DNA from: a virus
Virus record (IMG/VR): IMGVR_UViG_3300021425_000008
Location: 32,001-96,000 of that record
Strand: one strand, 5' to 3'
Length of the DNA: 64,000 bases
Shown here piece by piece: positions 54,653-64,000 of this stretch; the stretch's first letter is position 1; each line of letters starts with the position of its first letter. Position numbers and translations under genes: made by a program. The notes under the pieces are model-generated. The model did not search any database. It saw only the letters and a program-made list of their open reading frames with translations, and was not told the origin of the DNA.

Positions 54653-56212
54653 ATGGCTGCGATAATTACTGATCAACTGCGTATCTTGAATGCGAAAAAT
54701 TTTGTAGATTCTGTACAAGATTCTTCTAATTCGTATTATGCATGGATTGGTCTTCCAGATGCTCCTGAGTTTCAGAGTGATTGGAATACTGCTCCTCCTG
54801 CACCAAAGGATAGTTTAGATGATTCCAATTATTATTGGGATACTATGTTGGCCCTTAAAAAGATCAACAGTGGTGATGTAAGTCAGGTTGTAAGAAAGAT
54901 TTCTTGGCAGTCAGGTACCACATACGACATGTGGAGAAATGATATTGACAGAGATAATCCTTCTCAACCATCTGGAGCATTTGATATCTATGACTCCAAC
55001 TTCTATGTAATGAATAGTGAGTATAAAGTTTATATTTGTCTCTTCAATAACGCAAATCCAGAGAATAGTTTTAGAGGTGGTCCTTCTCTCGATGAACCTA
55101 ATTTCACTGACTTAGAACCAAGACAAGCTGGAAGTAGTGGTGATGGTTATATTTGGAAATATCTTTATACTATCAAACCAAATCAAATTATTAAGTTTGA
55201 TTCTACGAATTATATTGCCGTTCCAACTGACTGGGACACTAATGCATCTTACCAATCAGTTAGAGAAAATGCAGGTACAAGTGGTCAGTTAAAAATCGTC
55301 ACGATCAGAAATCGTGGTGTTGGTATTGGAACAGCTAATGTAACTTACACAAGAGTTCCTATTCTTGGTGATGGTAGAGGTGCTGAAGCAACTGTTGTTA
55401 TCAACAATGACTCCAAAGTACAGTCTGTCACTGTATCAAGAGGTGGTGAAGGATATTCATTCGGTACACTAGATCTTGAAAGGGGTGGTGTTCCTACAGG
55501 AACAATTACTCCAGTATTTGATGTAATCATTCCTCCTAGTGGTGGTCATGGTGCTGACATTTATCGTGAGTTGGGTGCATATAATGTTCTCTCTTATGCA
55601 AGATTTGAAAATGATACTCAGAACCCAGATTTCATCACTGGTAACCAGTTTGCACAAGTTGGTATTGTTAAGAATCCAAAGGCTTACAATTCAACCACTA
55701 ATTTGACACTTGACAAAGCCAGTGCAGTATATGCACTGAAATTGGTTGGTACTGGATATAGTCAAGCAAAATTCACAGCAGATACTTTTGTTACTCAGAC
55801 TGTTGGTCTTGGTTCAACTGCTGTTGGTAGAGTTGTTTCATACGATCAACAAACTGGCATCTTAAAGTATTGGCAGGACAGAAGAACTGCTGGTTTCAAT
55901 ACTGATGGTACAAAACTTACCACACCTCAGTATGGATTCGGACAATTAAAGTTCACCGCCGATCCTGTAAGTGGTGGTAGCGTAGACATTATTCCTACAT
56001 CTGGAAATACTCTTCAAATTGACGGTGCTTTTACGGGTGTCTCAACGGTAATAAATAATCGTACCTACTACTTGGGTCAGGACTTCACTAAAGGAGTCTC
56101 TAATCCAGAGTCTGATAAGTACTCTGGTGACATCATTTATGTTGACAACAGACCTTCAGTTACTAGATCAGCTTCACAGAAAGAAGACGTTAAAGTTATC
56201 TTGCAATTTTAA
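54653..56212 (+). CDS. gp8: Baseplate wedge subunit gp8
   Basis: MAAIITDQLRI.NA, FYVMNSEYKVYICL.N, DGYIWKYLYTI, YVDNR...QKEDVKVILQF. Confidence 0.9.
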   Translation: MAAIITDQLRILNAKNFVDSVQDSSNSYYAWIGLPDAPEFQSDWNTAPPAPKDSLDDSNYYWDTMLALKKINSGDVSQVVRKISWQSGTTYDMWRNDIDRDNPSQPSGAFDIYDSNFYVMNSEYKVYICLFNNANPENSFRGGPSLDEPNFTDLEPRQAGSSGDGYIWKYLYTIKPNQIIKFDSTNYIAVPTDWDTNASYQSVRENAGTSGQLKIVTIRNRGVGIGTANVTYTRVPILGDGRGAEATVVINNDSKVQSVTVSRGGEGYSFGTLDLERGGVPTGTITPVFDVIIPPSGGHGADIYRELGAYNVLSYARFENDTQNPDFITGNQFAQVGIVKNPKAYNSTTNLTLDKASAVYALKLVGTGYSQAKFTADTFVTQTVGLGSTAVGRVVSYDQQTGILKYWQDRRTAGFNTDGTKLTTPQYGFGQLKFTADPVSGGSVDIIPTSGNTLQIDGAFTGVSTVINNRTYYLGQDFTKGVSNPESDKYSGDIIYVDNRPSVTRSASQKEDVKVILQF

Positions 56213-56217
56213 GAGAT

Positions 56218-59200
56218 ATGCCACAGGAAACTAATCTCAATGTCGCTCCGTATTTTGACGACTTTGATCCGCAGTCGAATTATTACAAGGTTTTATTTAA
56301 GCCTGGTTTCCCAGTTCAAGCAAGAGAACTGACTGGTCTGCAGTCTATTCTGCAAAATCAAGTTGAACAAATGGGCAACCATTTCTTCAAAGAAGGTGCG
56401 AAGGTAATTCCTGGTGATCTGACTTACATTAAAGATTATTATGGTATTCAAATTGAACCAGAATTCTTAGGTATTCCTGTTGGTATCTACCTGGATCAAA
56501 TTCTTAATACAACAATTACTGGTGCTACTTCTGGTGTCACCGCAAAAGTCGTAAAATATATTACAAACGAAGAATCGGAAAGAGGTGTATATACTCTTTA
56601 TTTGAACTATGAAAACTCCGCAACTTCTGACGAAGAGGTTAGCACTTTCTTAAGTGGAGAAATTTTATTAACAAGTAAGATTATTACATATGCATCAACC
56701 TTTATCTCAGCAGGTGAAGGTTTTGCAACTTCTATCCCATCAAATGCACCTATCATTGGTTCGTCATTCAACATTTCTGATGGTGTATATTTCTTAAGAG
56801 GGCATTTTGTCAATGTAAGTGCTGAGACTCTTATTCTTGATCAGTATAGTAATACTCCTTCCTACAGGGTTGGTTTGGATGTTATTGAAGAAATCGTATC
56901 TTCAGATATTGATCCAAATCTTGCAGATAATGCTCAAGGTTTCAATAATTTCACTGCTCCTGGTGCAGATAGATTAAAAATTGGTACATATCTCGCCAAG
57001 AAAGCACTAGACAATTTTGAAGATGCGAATTTTGTCCAATTGTCCGAAGTTAAGGACGGTATACTTAGACTTGTAAATACAAATACTGACTACAATTTTA
57101 TTGGTGATGAGTTTGCAAGAAGAACTTTCGATGAGTCAGGACATTATTATGTAAGGGCATTCAGAACAACTGTTAGAAATAGTCTAAACGATAACGAAGG
57201 AAACAGAGGTATATTTGAAGAGGGCCAAACCACTGATTATGGTCAAACACCAAATGACAACCTAGGTATCTATAAGGTAAGTCCTGGTAAAGCATATGTT
57301 AAAGGATATGAGGTAGAGACAATTGCCCCTACACTGATTGACTTCTTCAAACCAAGAACAAAGAAGACTAATAAAAATCAGGCTGTAAACTTTGGTTTTG
57401 GACCAACTCTGACATTGAATAGAGTTTATGGTTCTGCGACTATTGGTATTAATACAGACGGATCATTAAGTTTAAGAAGCGAAAGAGTAGGTTCTGATCA
57501 ACTGGTAGCAGCAGGAAAAGAAATTGGTGTTGCTAGAGTATATGACTTTGCTCTTGAGTCTGGTTCTTATGACTCAAGTATTCCCAACATCAATCAATGG
57601 GACCTCTCATTGTTTGACATTCAAACATATTCTGATATTTCAGTAAATGAACCTGTCACACTTACAACATCGACTCACATCAAAGGTGAGTCGAGTGGTG
57701 CTACAGGATTCCTGAAGTACAATGTATCTGCAGGAACGGCACTAACTGCTTATGGTGTCAATGGAAACTTCCACAGAGGTGAGAGACTTCTGTTCAATGG
57801 AGTTTTGGATGATGCAAGATTCGTAACAGATGATACTAATTATTCATTATCGGATGTAAAATCGGTCCATGGTATTGTAGGTACTGCAAATACATTTACT
57901 GGAGACCTTGTTCAAGATTCTGTTCGTAATTTTGGTTCTGCAAATGTTGCTGCAGCAAGTGGTTCTCAGTCAAAAGTCTCTATCCCTGCCGATGCTGGAT
58001 TTACTTTTGTTGGAATTGTTACCGTAGGCAATCTTGTCAGTTATTCAAGAGATTCACTCGACATCCAAAGTTTTGGTAGAGTTGTTAGTGTTGCAACAAC
58101 TAATTTTGACATTGAGGCTGTTCAAACCGTAAATGGCGTATGTAATGGTGCTCTTCCAACATCATCCGAAACTGTTCAGAACTTGAAATTAATTTCAACT
58201 AAAGTTTCTGGTGGACCTGGGTCTGGTAATATTGCTAGTAATGAAGCATTATACAGTACATTACCTAAACTCAATATCAGTGATGTAAGTCTTGTAGGTT
58301 CTGATATTACAATCAGAAGACAATATACTACTAATATTTCAAATAATTCTACTGCCGCAATCAATGCAGGAGATAATGAAGTATTCTTACCATTTGACGA
58401 AGAAAGATATACTCTTATCAGATCGGACGGTACGACTGAAATTTTAACAGAGGATAAGATCTCTCTGACAAATGGATCAACAACTTTGACTATCAATGGT
58501 CTAGGTACAAATGATAGTGGTTCACGATTGATTACTACTCTCAGAAAGACTAACCTTAAATCAAAAGTTAAAACAAGAAGTATCGCTAAAGATCTTGTTA
58601 TTAGTAAGTCTAAAGATTCTGCATCTGGTATTGGCTCTACAACCTTAAATGATGGTCTTGTATATGGAGACTATCCATATGGAACTAGAGTTCAGGATGA
58701 AGTAATTTCACTAAACATACCAGATGTATATAAGATCTATGGTATTTTTGAATCTGAAGATAACAGTGATCCAGTTGCTCCTAATATGACTTTAGGACAA
58801 CTTGATGGTGAAACTTCGACCACTAATGATCTGATTATAGGCGAAACTTTAATCGGTCAGACAAGTGGTGCAAAAGGTATATTATTATCGAAAATTGATG
58901 ATACACAGGTTGTTTTTACATACTTAAACAGCACAAGCTTTTCTAACAATGAAGTTATTAAATTCAAAACTTCAAATGTAAATGGTGTTTCGTCTGGTGT
59001 TAAGGCTGGTTCTAAGGAAATAACTGCCGACTTTAAATTTGATAATGGTCAAAGACAATCAATCTATGATTACTCTCGTATATTGAGAAAGTCTGAGGTA
59101 CCAGTACCTGCAAGAAAAATCAGAGTTTATTTTGCATCTGCAGGATATCAAGACTCTGATGATGGTGACATCACCACAATCAATTCTTACGAAGGATTCG

Positions 59201-62200
59201 ATTATACTAAGGATATTGGTGTGATCGGAAATTCTAGAGTCTCTGATATTATTGATGCAAGACCAAGAGTCACCGAATATTCAATCTCCGAAGGGGCAAA
59301 CTCTCCATTCGAATTCAGTGGTAGAACTTTTGAAGATGGTCAAAATGGTAGAACACACAGTTCATCCCACATCTTGGCATCTGATGAATCTATGACTCTT
59401 GATTATTCCTATTTCTTAGGAAGAATCGATAGATTATACGTAGATACCACTGGTCGAATTGGTGTAGCTCAAGGTGCACCTGACGATAATCCAAAGGCAC
59501 CTGATCCAATTAGCAATTGTATGAATATTGCTACGGTGTATCTCCCAGCATATCTTTATAATACTTCTGACGCTCAAGTATCATTTATTGATCATAAGAG
59601 ATATCAGATGAGTGATATCGCTAAACTTGAGCAAAGAATTGCAAGTCTTGAATATTATACATCACTGAGTTTAATGGAGACTCAGACTCTCAACCTGTTT
59701 GTCAGTGATGCTAATGGACTTAATAGATTTAAGTCTGGAATATTTGTAGATAACTTCTCTACCCTTGCACCTCAAGATACAACAATTGGTATCAGAAATG
59801 CCATTGATAGAAAAAATGGTATCTTGAGACCAGCTCACTATACCACTGCACTAAATCTTCAACTTGCTACTAATGCAATCAGTGGTGTTGGAACAACCTC
59901 CAATACAAGTCAAGATGCTGAATTTGCAGATCCTGTAGGTGTTAACGTAAGAAGAACTGGTCAAATGGTAACACTTGACTATTCTGATGTTGAGTGGTTG
60001 AATCAACCATTTGCAACAAGAGTTGAGAACGTCACACCATACCTGGTTCAATTCTGGCAAGGAAACATTGAATTGATCCCAGATGTTGATGTCTGGATTG
60101 ACACCACTCTGTTGGAAGTCAATAGTGTCATGATGGAAGGTTCTTTCCAAGGTATTGTAGAAGCACTTGGTGCAGAAATCACTACAAATGCAGATGGTCA
60201 GAGTGTAGGTGTTACTCCAATTATTTGGAACTCCTGGGAAACGACTGGTGTCAACTTGGATATATCCTTGGATAACCAAGTCAATCAGAGTACATCAACA
60301 TCCCAGAACACAGTTTCTTCAAACGCTTCTACCAACTTTGGTGATGGTGGTAGTGCCAGTGTTGGTATTGATATTGCCCAAACAACCACAACGACAACTA
60401 CAACAAATAATATTACTGCAACATCATCAATCTCCCTTAATCAACAACAAACTGGTGTTCAACATACAATTACTGAGAATATTGATACTGAATCACTTGG
60501 TACTAACGTGATTAATACTGAGATCATCAACTTTATGAGATCTCGTAATATTAATTTTGATGGAAGATCATTCAAACCATTTACTAGACTATATTCATTC
60601 TTTGATTCTGTCGATGTTACAAAATTCTGTACTCCAAAACTAATTGAAATTGAAATGCAGCATGGTACGTTTACCATCGGAGAGACTGTAGTTGGTACAA
60701 TGAACAATGGTGGTTCAGTGGCAAATAATACTGATTCCATTCCAGAAATTACATTTAGAGTTGCCAATTCAAATCATAAGTTTGGTCCCTTCTCTGCACC
60801 TGAAGACATTTACATCACTAACCCATACAATCGTGACCTTACTATTCCTGCAAATTATTCGGAATCATCAACAATCCTCAATGTAGACCTCTTTAGTCTA
60901 CAGTCTCAGGATACACCAGAATTCTATGGCTGGATTGAAACTGACATGATCTTAACGGGTCAAACCAGTGGTGCTCAGGCAAGGGTTACAAATAGAAGAA
61001 TTACATCTGATAGAGTTGGTACTATTCAGGGTTCGTTCTGTGTTCCACCTACTGGCAATTCTGCAAATCCAACATTTGAAGCTGGAACATCTTCATTCAG
61101 ACTTACAAACAGTAGCACGAATAGCTCAATCGAAGGTGTAACAACCACCGCTGGTGACGCACTTTTCTATTCACAAGGTACTCTTCAAACTACTCAAGAG
61201 ACCACGTTGTCTCTTAAGAATGCATCAGTCGTCACACAAGACTTTGTTCAGTTCCAGACTATTAGAGACACTGCAACATCTAATACTATTCAAGTTATCT
61301 CTACAGATACGAATACTCAAATTACAGATGTTGACCTTGATATTGACGTTGAGGCTCCTGATCCCCCAGAACCAATCGTTATTGTTGAACCAGCACCAGC
61401 TCCACCTGCTGGTGGTGGAAATGGTGGTGGTGACCCACTGGCTCAAACATTCACAGTTGATGATAAGACAGGTATCTTTGTCACGAAGGTTGACTTCTAC
61501 TTTAGAACAAAGGGCGAAAGTGCTCCTGTAATATTCCACATCAGAGAAACAACACTTGGTACACCAAATGCTAGAGTTCTTCCTTTCTCTGAAGTATCAC
61601 TTGATCCAGACAAGATCAACCTCAGTGAAGACGGTACAGTAGCAACGACTTTCCAATTCCCATCACCAGTCTATCTTGAGGGAGAGACTGAATATGCGAT
61701 GGTCTTGATGTCTCACTCAACAGACTATACCGTCTATATTAGTAGACTTGGTGAAGCAGACATCACTACATTAGGTGGTGGTGAGTCTGATCAGGTTATT
61801 GTATCAGAACAGCCTCTCCTTGGTTCGTTGTTCAAGTCACAAAACGCTTCTGTTTGGACACCAAGTCAATATGAAGACCTTAAGTTCAAACTCTATAGAG
61901 CTAATTTCAAACAATCTGGTAGTGTTTCTTTCTTCAACCCAAGATTGCCAGATTCTCTTGGTGTAGTCGATACAAATGGACTTTCACTTGAGCCAAGACA
62001 AATTAGAGTCGGACTTGGTACAACTGTCAATGATGCCAGTGTACCTGAAAGACTAACACTTGGTAATACCGTCAAACAGTTAAGTATTGGAGCACAAGGT
62101 ACTCTTGTTGCTTTAGCTGGTTCTGCAACAGGTGATCTTTCACTTACAAACGTTGGTGCTGGATATACACCTTCATCTGGTGGATTTACTTACACTGGTG

Positions 62201-63921
62201 TTGCACTTACGGCAATTACGGGTAAGGGTATAAACGGTACTGCAGATATCACCATCCAAAATGGTGTTGCAATTGGTGCAACAATTAGAGCAGGAGGTAG
62301 TGGTTATGTTGTTGGTGATGTATTGACTCCAGTTAGTGTTGGTTCTCTTGATCTTGGATCTAATATTCAACTTTCAGTACAAGAAATTCTTGGAAACAAC
62401 ACTCTTGTTCTCGAAAATGTTCAGGGTAACTTCTCTACCAGTTCTGCATATCCATTGTATTATGAAAACAATGTTGGTTTCACTACAGAACTCAACGGTG
62501 TTGGTGGAAATGTCGTTCCTACATCACCAATTGCTATTACTCATCAGGGTGATTACATTAGAGTATTCAAGAGAAATCATGGTTTGTACTCTAATGTCAA
62601 CAGGGTCACTATTTCAGACACAAGAAGTGATGTAACTCCAAGTACTCTTGCACAGCAATATACGTTCGATACAACATCCTTCATTACTCTCGAAGGTGTA
62701 GCAACTAATTATGAAACATTTGAAAATCTTGGAGTTGGTGGCACCAATCCTGGATACGTGAAGATTGGTAATGAAATCATTAGTTACACAGGTACTTCTG
62801 GAAGAACACTCACTGGTATCACCAGAGGTGTTGATAATACTACGATCGCAACCCATGCAGCTGATGAATTGGTATACAAGTATGAGTTGAATGGTGTATC
62901 ACTTAGAAGAATTAATAGAGAACATCAACTGATTCAGGTAAATGCATCTGACCTTGAAGAAGCACCAATTGGACTTGATTACTACTATGTGAAAATTCAA
63001 ATGAATGCCAATGGTACCAACAGAGCACCATCAAACTCTGAAGGATTCCCCCCACTTTACTTCAACGAGAGAAAGGTTGCTGGTGGTCCTGATGTGAAGT
63101 CTACTTATAACTTACCGTTCCATTTGATTACCCCAAGAGTCACAAACATCACACCTCTTGGAACAACTTTGATCTCTCAGGCTAGAACAGTCAGTGCATC
63201 AAGTGTTTCTGGCAATCAAGAGAATATGATTGATCAGGGATATCAGAGAGTTAATCTGTTTAACGAGAATTATTTTGATTCTCTTAGAATGGTTTCATCT
63301 GCAAGAAATGAGGAACTCTTATTAGATTCTGATCTCTTCCCTGGAGACAGATCATTCTCTATGTTATTCAATCTTGTAACAACAGATACAAGATTAAGTC
63401 CAGCAATTGACCTTGATAATGCATCTGTCGTATTCACATCTAACAGAGTTAATCAACCTATCACCAACTACGCTGATGACTTTAGGGTGGCTACAACAAC
63501 AGATGATCCAAATAGATTCTTCTATGTTTCTAAGAACATTGTTTTAGAAAATCCTGCAACATCTCTTGAAGTCTTGTTGGATGGATACTGTACAACTAGA
63601 AATGACATTAGAGTCTTCTATTCTGTTGATCAAGATGCACCTGTTGATGAAACAGTCTTTATTCCTTTCCCTGGATATGCAAATCTTGGTTCGAATGGTC
63701 AAGTTCTTGATCGTGGTAATAGTAATGGAACTCCTGATGAGTTTGTTCCTAAGAGAGACTCTTACGAGACCAATCCGTCACCAAACCTCTTCAGAGAATA
63801 CCAGTACACTGTTGACGATTTAGTATCCTTTAGATCTTTCAGAATCAAGGTTATTGGTACTTCTACCGATCAGGCAGTTGCACCAATGATTAGAAACCTC
63901 AGAGCAATAGCATTAGCATAA
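56218..63921 (+). CDS. vrlC: VrlC/DUF4815-like large virion structural protein
   Basis: NLNVAPYFDDFD, LFKPGFPVQARELT.LQSILQNQ, APGADR, ARRTFDESG, DPLAQTF. Confidence 0.8.
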   Translation: MPQETNLNVAPYFDDFDPQSNYYKVLFKPGFPVQARELTGLQSILQNQVEQMGNHFFKEGAKVIPGDLTYIKDYYGIQIEPEFLGIPVGIYLDQILNTTITGATSGVTAKVVKYITNEESERGVYTLYLNYENSATSDEEVSTFLSGEILLTSKIITYASTFISAGEGFATSIPSNAPIIGSSFNISDGVYFLRGHFVNVSAETLILDQYSNTPSYRVGLDVIEEIVSSDIDPNLADNAQGFNNFTAPGADRLKIGTYLAKKALDNFEDANFVQLSEVKDGILRLVNTNTDYNFIGDEFARRTFDESGHYYVRAFRTTVRNSLNDNEGNRGIFEEGQTTDYGQTPNDNLGIYKVSPGKAYVKGYEVETIAPTLIDFFKPRTKKTNKNQAVNFGFGPTLTLNRVYGSATIGINTDGSLSLRSERVGSDQLVAAGKEIGVARVYDFALESGSYDSSIPNINQWDLSLFDIQTYSDISVNEPVTLTTSTHIKGESSGATGFLKYNVSAGTALTAYGVNGNFHRGERLLFNGVLDDARFVTDDTNYSLSDVKSVHGIVGTANTFTGDLVQDSVRNFGSANVAAASGSQSKVSIPADAGFTFVGIVTVGNLVSYSRDSLDIQSFGRVVSVATTNFDIEAVQTVNGVCNGALPTSSETVQNLKLISTKVSGGPGSGNIASNEALYSTLPKLNISDVSLVGSDITIRRQYTTNISNNSTAAINAGDNEVFLPFDEERYTLIRSDGTTEILTEDKISLTNGSTTLTINGLGTNDSGSRLITTLRKTNLKSKVKTRSIAKDLVISKSKDSASGIGSTTLNDGLVYGDYPYGTRVQDEVISLNIPDVYKIYGIFESEDNSDPVAPNMTLGQLDGETSTTNDLIIGETLIGQTSGAKGILLSKIDDTQVVFTYLNSTSFSNNEVIKFKTSNVNGVSSGVKAGSKEITADFKFDNGQRQSIYDYSRILRKSEVPVPARKIRVYFASAGYQDSDDGDITTINSYEGFDYTKDIGVIGNSRVSDIIDARPRVTEYSISEGANSPFEFSGRTFEDGQNGRTHSSSHILASDESMTLDYSYFLGRIDRLYVDTTGRIGVAQGAPDDNPKAPDPISNCMNIATVYLPAYLYNTSDAQVSFIDHKRYQMSDIAKLEQRIASLEYYTSLSLMETQTLNLFVSDANGLNRFKSGIFVDNFSTLAPQDTTIGIRNAIDRKNGILRPAHYTTALNLQLATNAISGVGTTSNTSQDAEFADPVGVNVRRTGQMVTLDYSDVEWLNQPFATRVENVTPYLVQFWQGNIELIPDVDVWIDTTLLEVNSVMMEGSFQGIVEALGAEITTNADGQSVGVTPIIWNSWETTGVNLDISLDNQVNQSTSTSQNTVSSNASTNFGDGGSASVGIDIAQTTTTTTTTNNITATSSISLNQQQTGVQHTITENIDTESLGTNVINTEIINFMRSRNINFDGRSFKPFTRLYSFFDSVDVTKFCTPKLIEIEMQHGTFTIGETVVGTMNNGGSVANNTDSIPEITFRVANSNHKFGPFSAPEDIYITNPYNRDLTIPANYSESSTILNVDLFSLQSQDTPEFYGWIETDMILTGQTSGAQARVTNRRITSDRVGTIQGSFCVPPTGNSANPTFEAGTSSFRLTNSSTNSSIEGVTTTAGDALFYSQGTLQTTQETTLSLKNASVVTQDFVQFQTIRDTATSNTIQVISTDTNTQITDVDLDIDVEAPDPPEPIVIVEPAPAPPAGGGNGGGDPLAQTFTVDDKTGIFVTKVDFYFRTKGESAPVIFHIRETTLGTPNARVLPFSEVSLDPDKINLSEDGTVATTFQFPSPVYLEGETEYAMVLMSHSTDYTVYISRLGEADITTLGGGESDQVIVSEQPLLGSLFKSQNASVWTPSQYEDLKFKLYRANFKQSGSVSFFNPRLPDSLGVVDTNGLSLEPRQIRVGLGTTVNDASVPERLTLGNTVKQLSIGAQGTLVALAGSATGDLSLTNVGAGYTPSSGGFTYTGVALTAITGKGINGTADITIQNGVAIGATIRAGGSGYVVGDVLTPVSVGSLDLGSNIQLSVQEILGNNTLVLENVQGNFSTSSAYPLYYENNVGFTTELNGVGGNVVPTSPIAITHQGDYIRVFKRNHGLYSNVNRVTISDTRSDVTPSTLAQQYTFDTTSFITLEGVATNYETFENLGVGGTNPGYVKIGNEIISYTGTSGRTLTGITRGVDNTTIATHAADELVYKYELNGVSLRRINREHQLIQVNASDLEEAPIGLDYYYVKIQMNANGTNRAPSNSEGFPPLYFNERKVAGGPDVKSTYNLPFHLITPRVTNITPLGTTLISQARTVSASSVSGNQENMIDQGYQRVNLFNENYFDSLRMVSSARNEELLLDSDLFPGDRSFSMLFNLVTTDTRLSPAIDLDNASVVFTSNRVNQPITNYADDFRVATTTDDPNRFFYVSKNIVLENPATSLEVLLDGYCTTRNDIRVFYSVDQDAPVDETVFIPFPGYANLGSNGQVLDRGNSNGTPDEFVPKRDSYETNPSPNLFREYQYTVDDLVSFRSFRIKVIGTSTDQAVAPMIRNLRAIALA

Positions 63922-64000
63922 TGACAAATTTGATTCCAGTTGAAGGTATGGACGGGTATTATAGGGATGCCCGTTCTGGTGCCGTTGTCAATAAAAATAA
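63921..64000 (+). CDS. Hypothetical protein, 5' part
   Basis: TAATG coupling; MTNLIPVEGMDGYYRDARSGAVVNKN. Confidence 0.65.
   Translation, partial: MTNLIPVEGMDGYYRDARSGAVVNKN

Noticed and set aside
60270-61440. Thr/Ser-rich and Pro/Gly-rich stretches in the VrlC-like gene as insertion elements
   Set aside because: In-frame low-complexity linkers with no mobile-element hallmarks
999-63823. Minus-strand and nested alternative-frame ORFs in the track
   Set aside because: They lie within well-supported + strand genes and are shadows of biased codon usage
1-64000. tRNA, rRNA, introns, inteins, transposases
   Set aside because: No cloverleaf, splicing or transposase motifs recognised by eye; not computationally excluded

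Overview
A 64-kb segment of a T4-like cyanophage (cyanomyovirus) genome. Almost all genes are on the + strand. (1) 0.2-21 kb is a late-expressed tail-fibre and virion-surface island. It holds two glycine/threonine-rich fibre-like genes and three paralogous Kelch-like repeat genes (two with 24 repeats in 4 blocks of 6, one collapsed to a single repeat). These are interleaved with glycosyltransferase, FkbM methyltransferase, sulfotransferase and 2OG-Fe(II) oxygenase genes. (2) 21-39 kb is a dense region of small early/middle genes, including transaldolase talC, a ligase-fold protein, an SF2 helicase and a SET-domain protein. Between 26.4 and 36 kb it is punctuated by 13 copies of a 29-bp motif (GTTAGTAACCTCSAAANGTCYNCTATAGT) that sit at gene boundaries. 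(3) 39.3-64 kb is the baseplate module: gp25, gp6, gp7, an inserted gene, gp8 and a VrlC/DUF4815-like protein. The best candidates for undescribed biology are the motif-delimited cassette array and the repeat-protein plus modification-enzyme island. All family calls come from motif recognition by eye; no searches were run.
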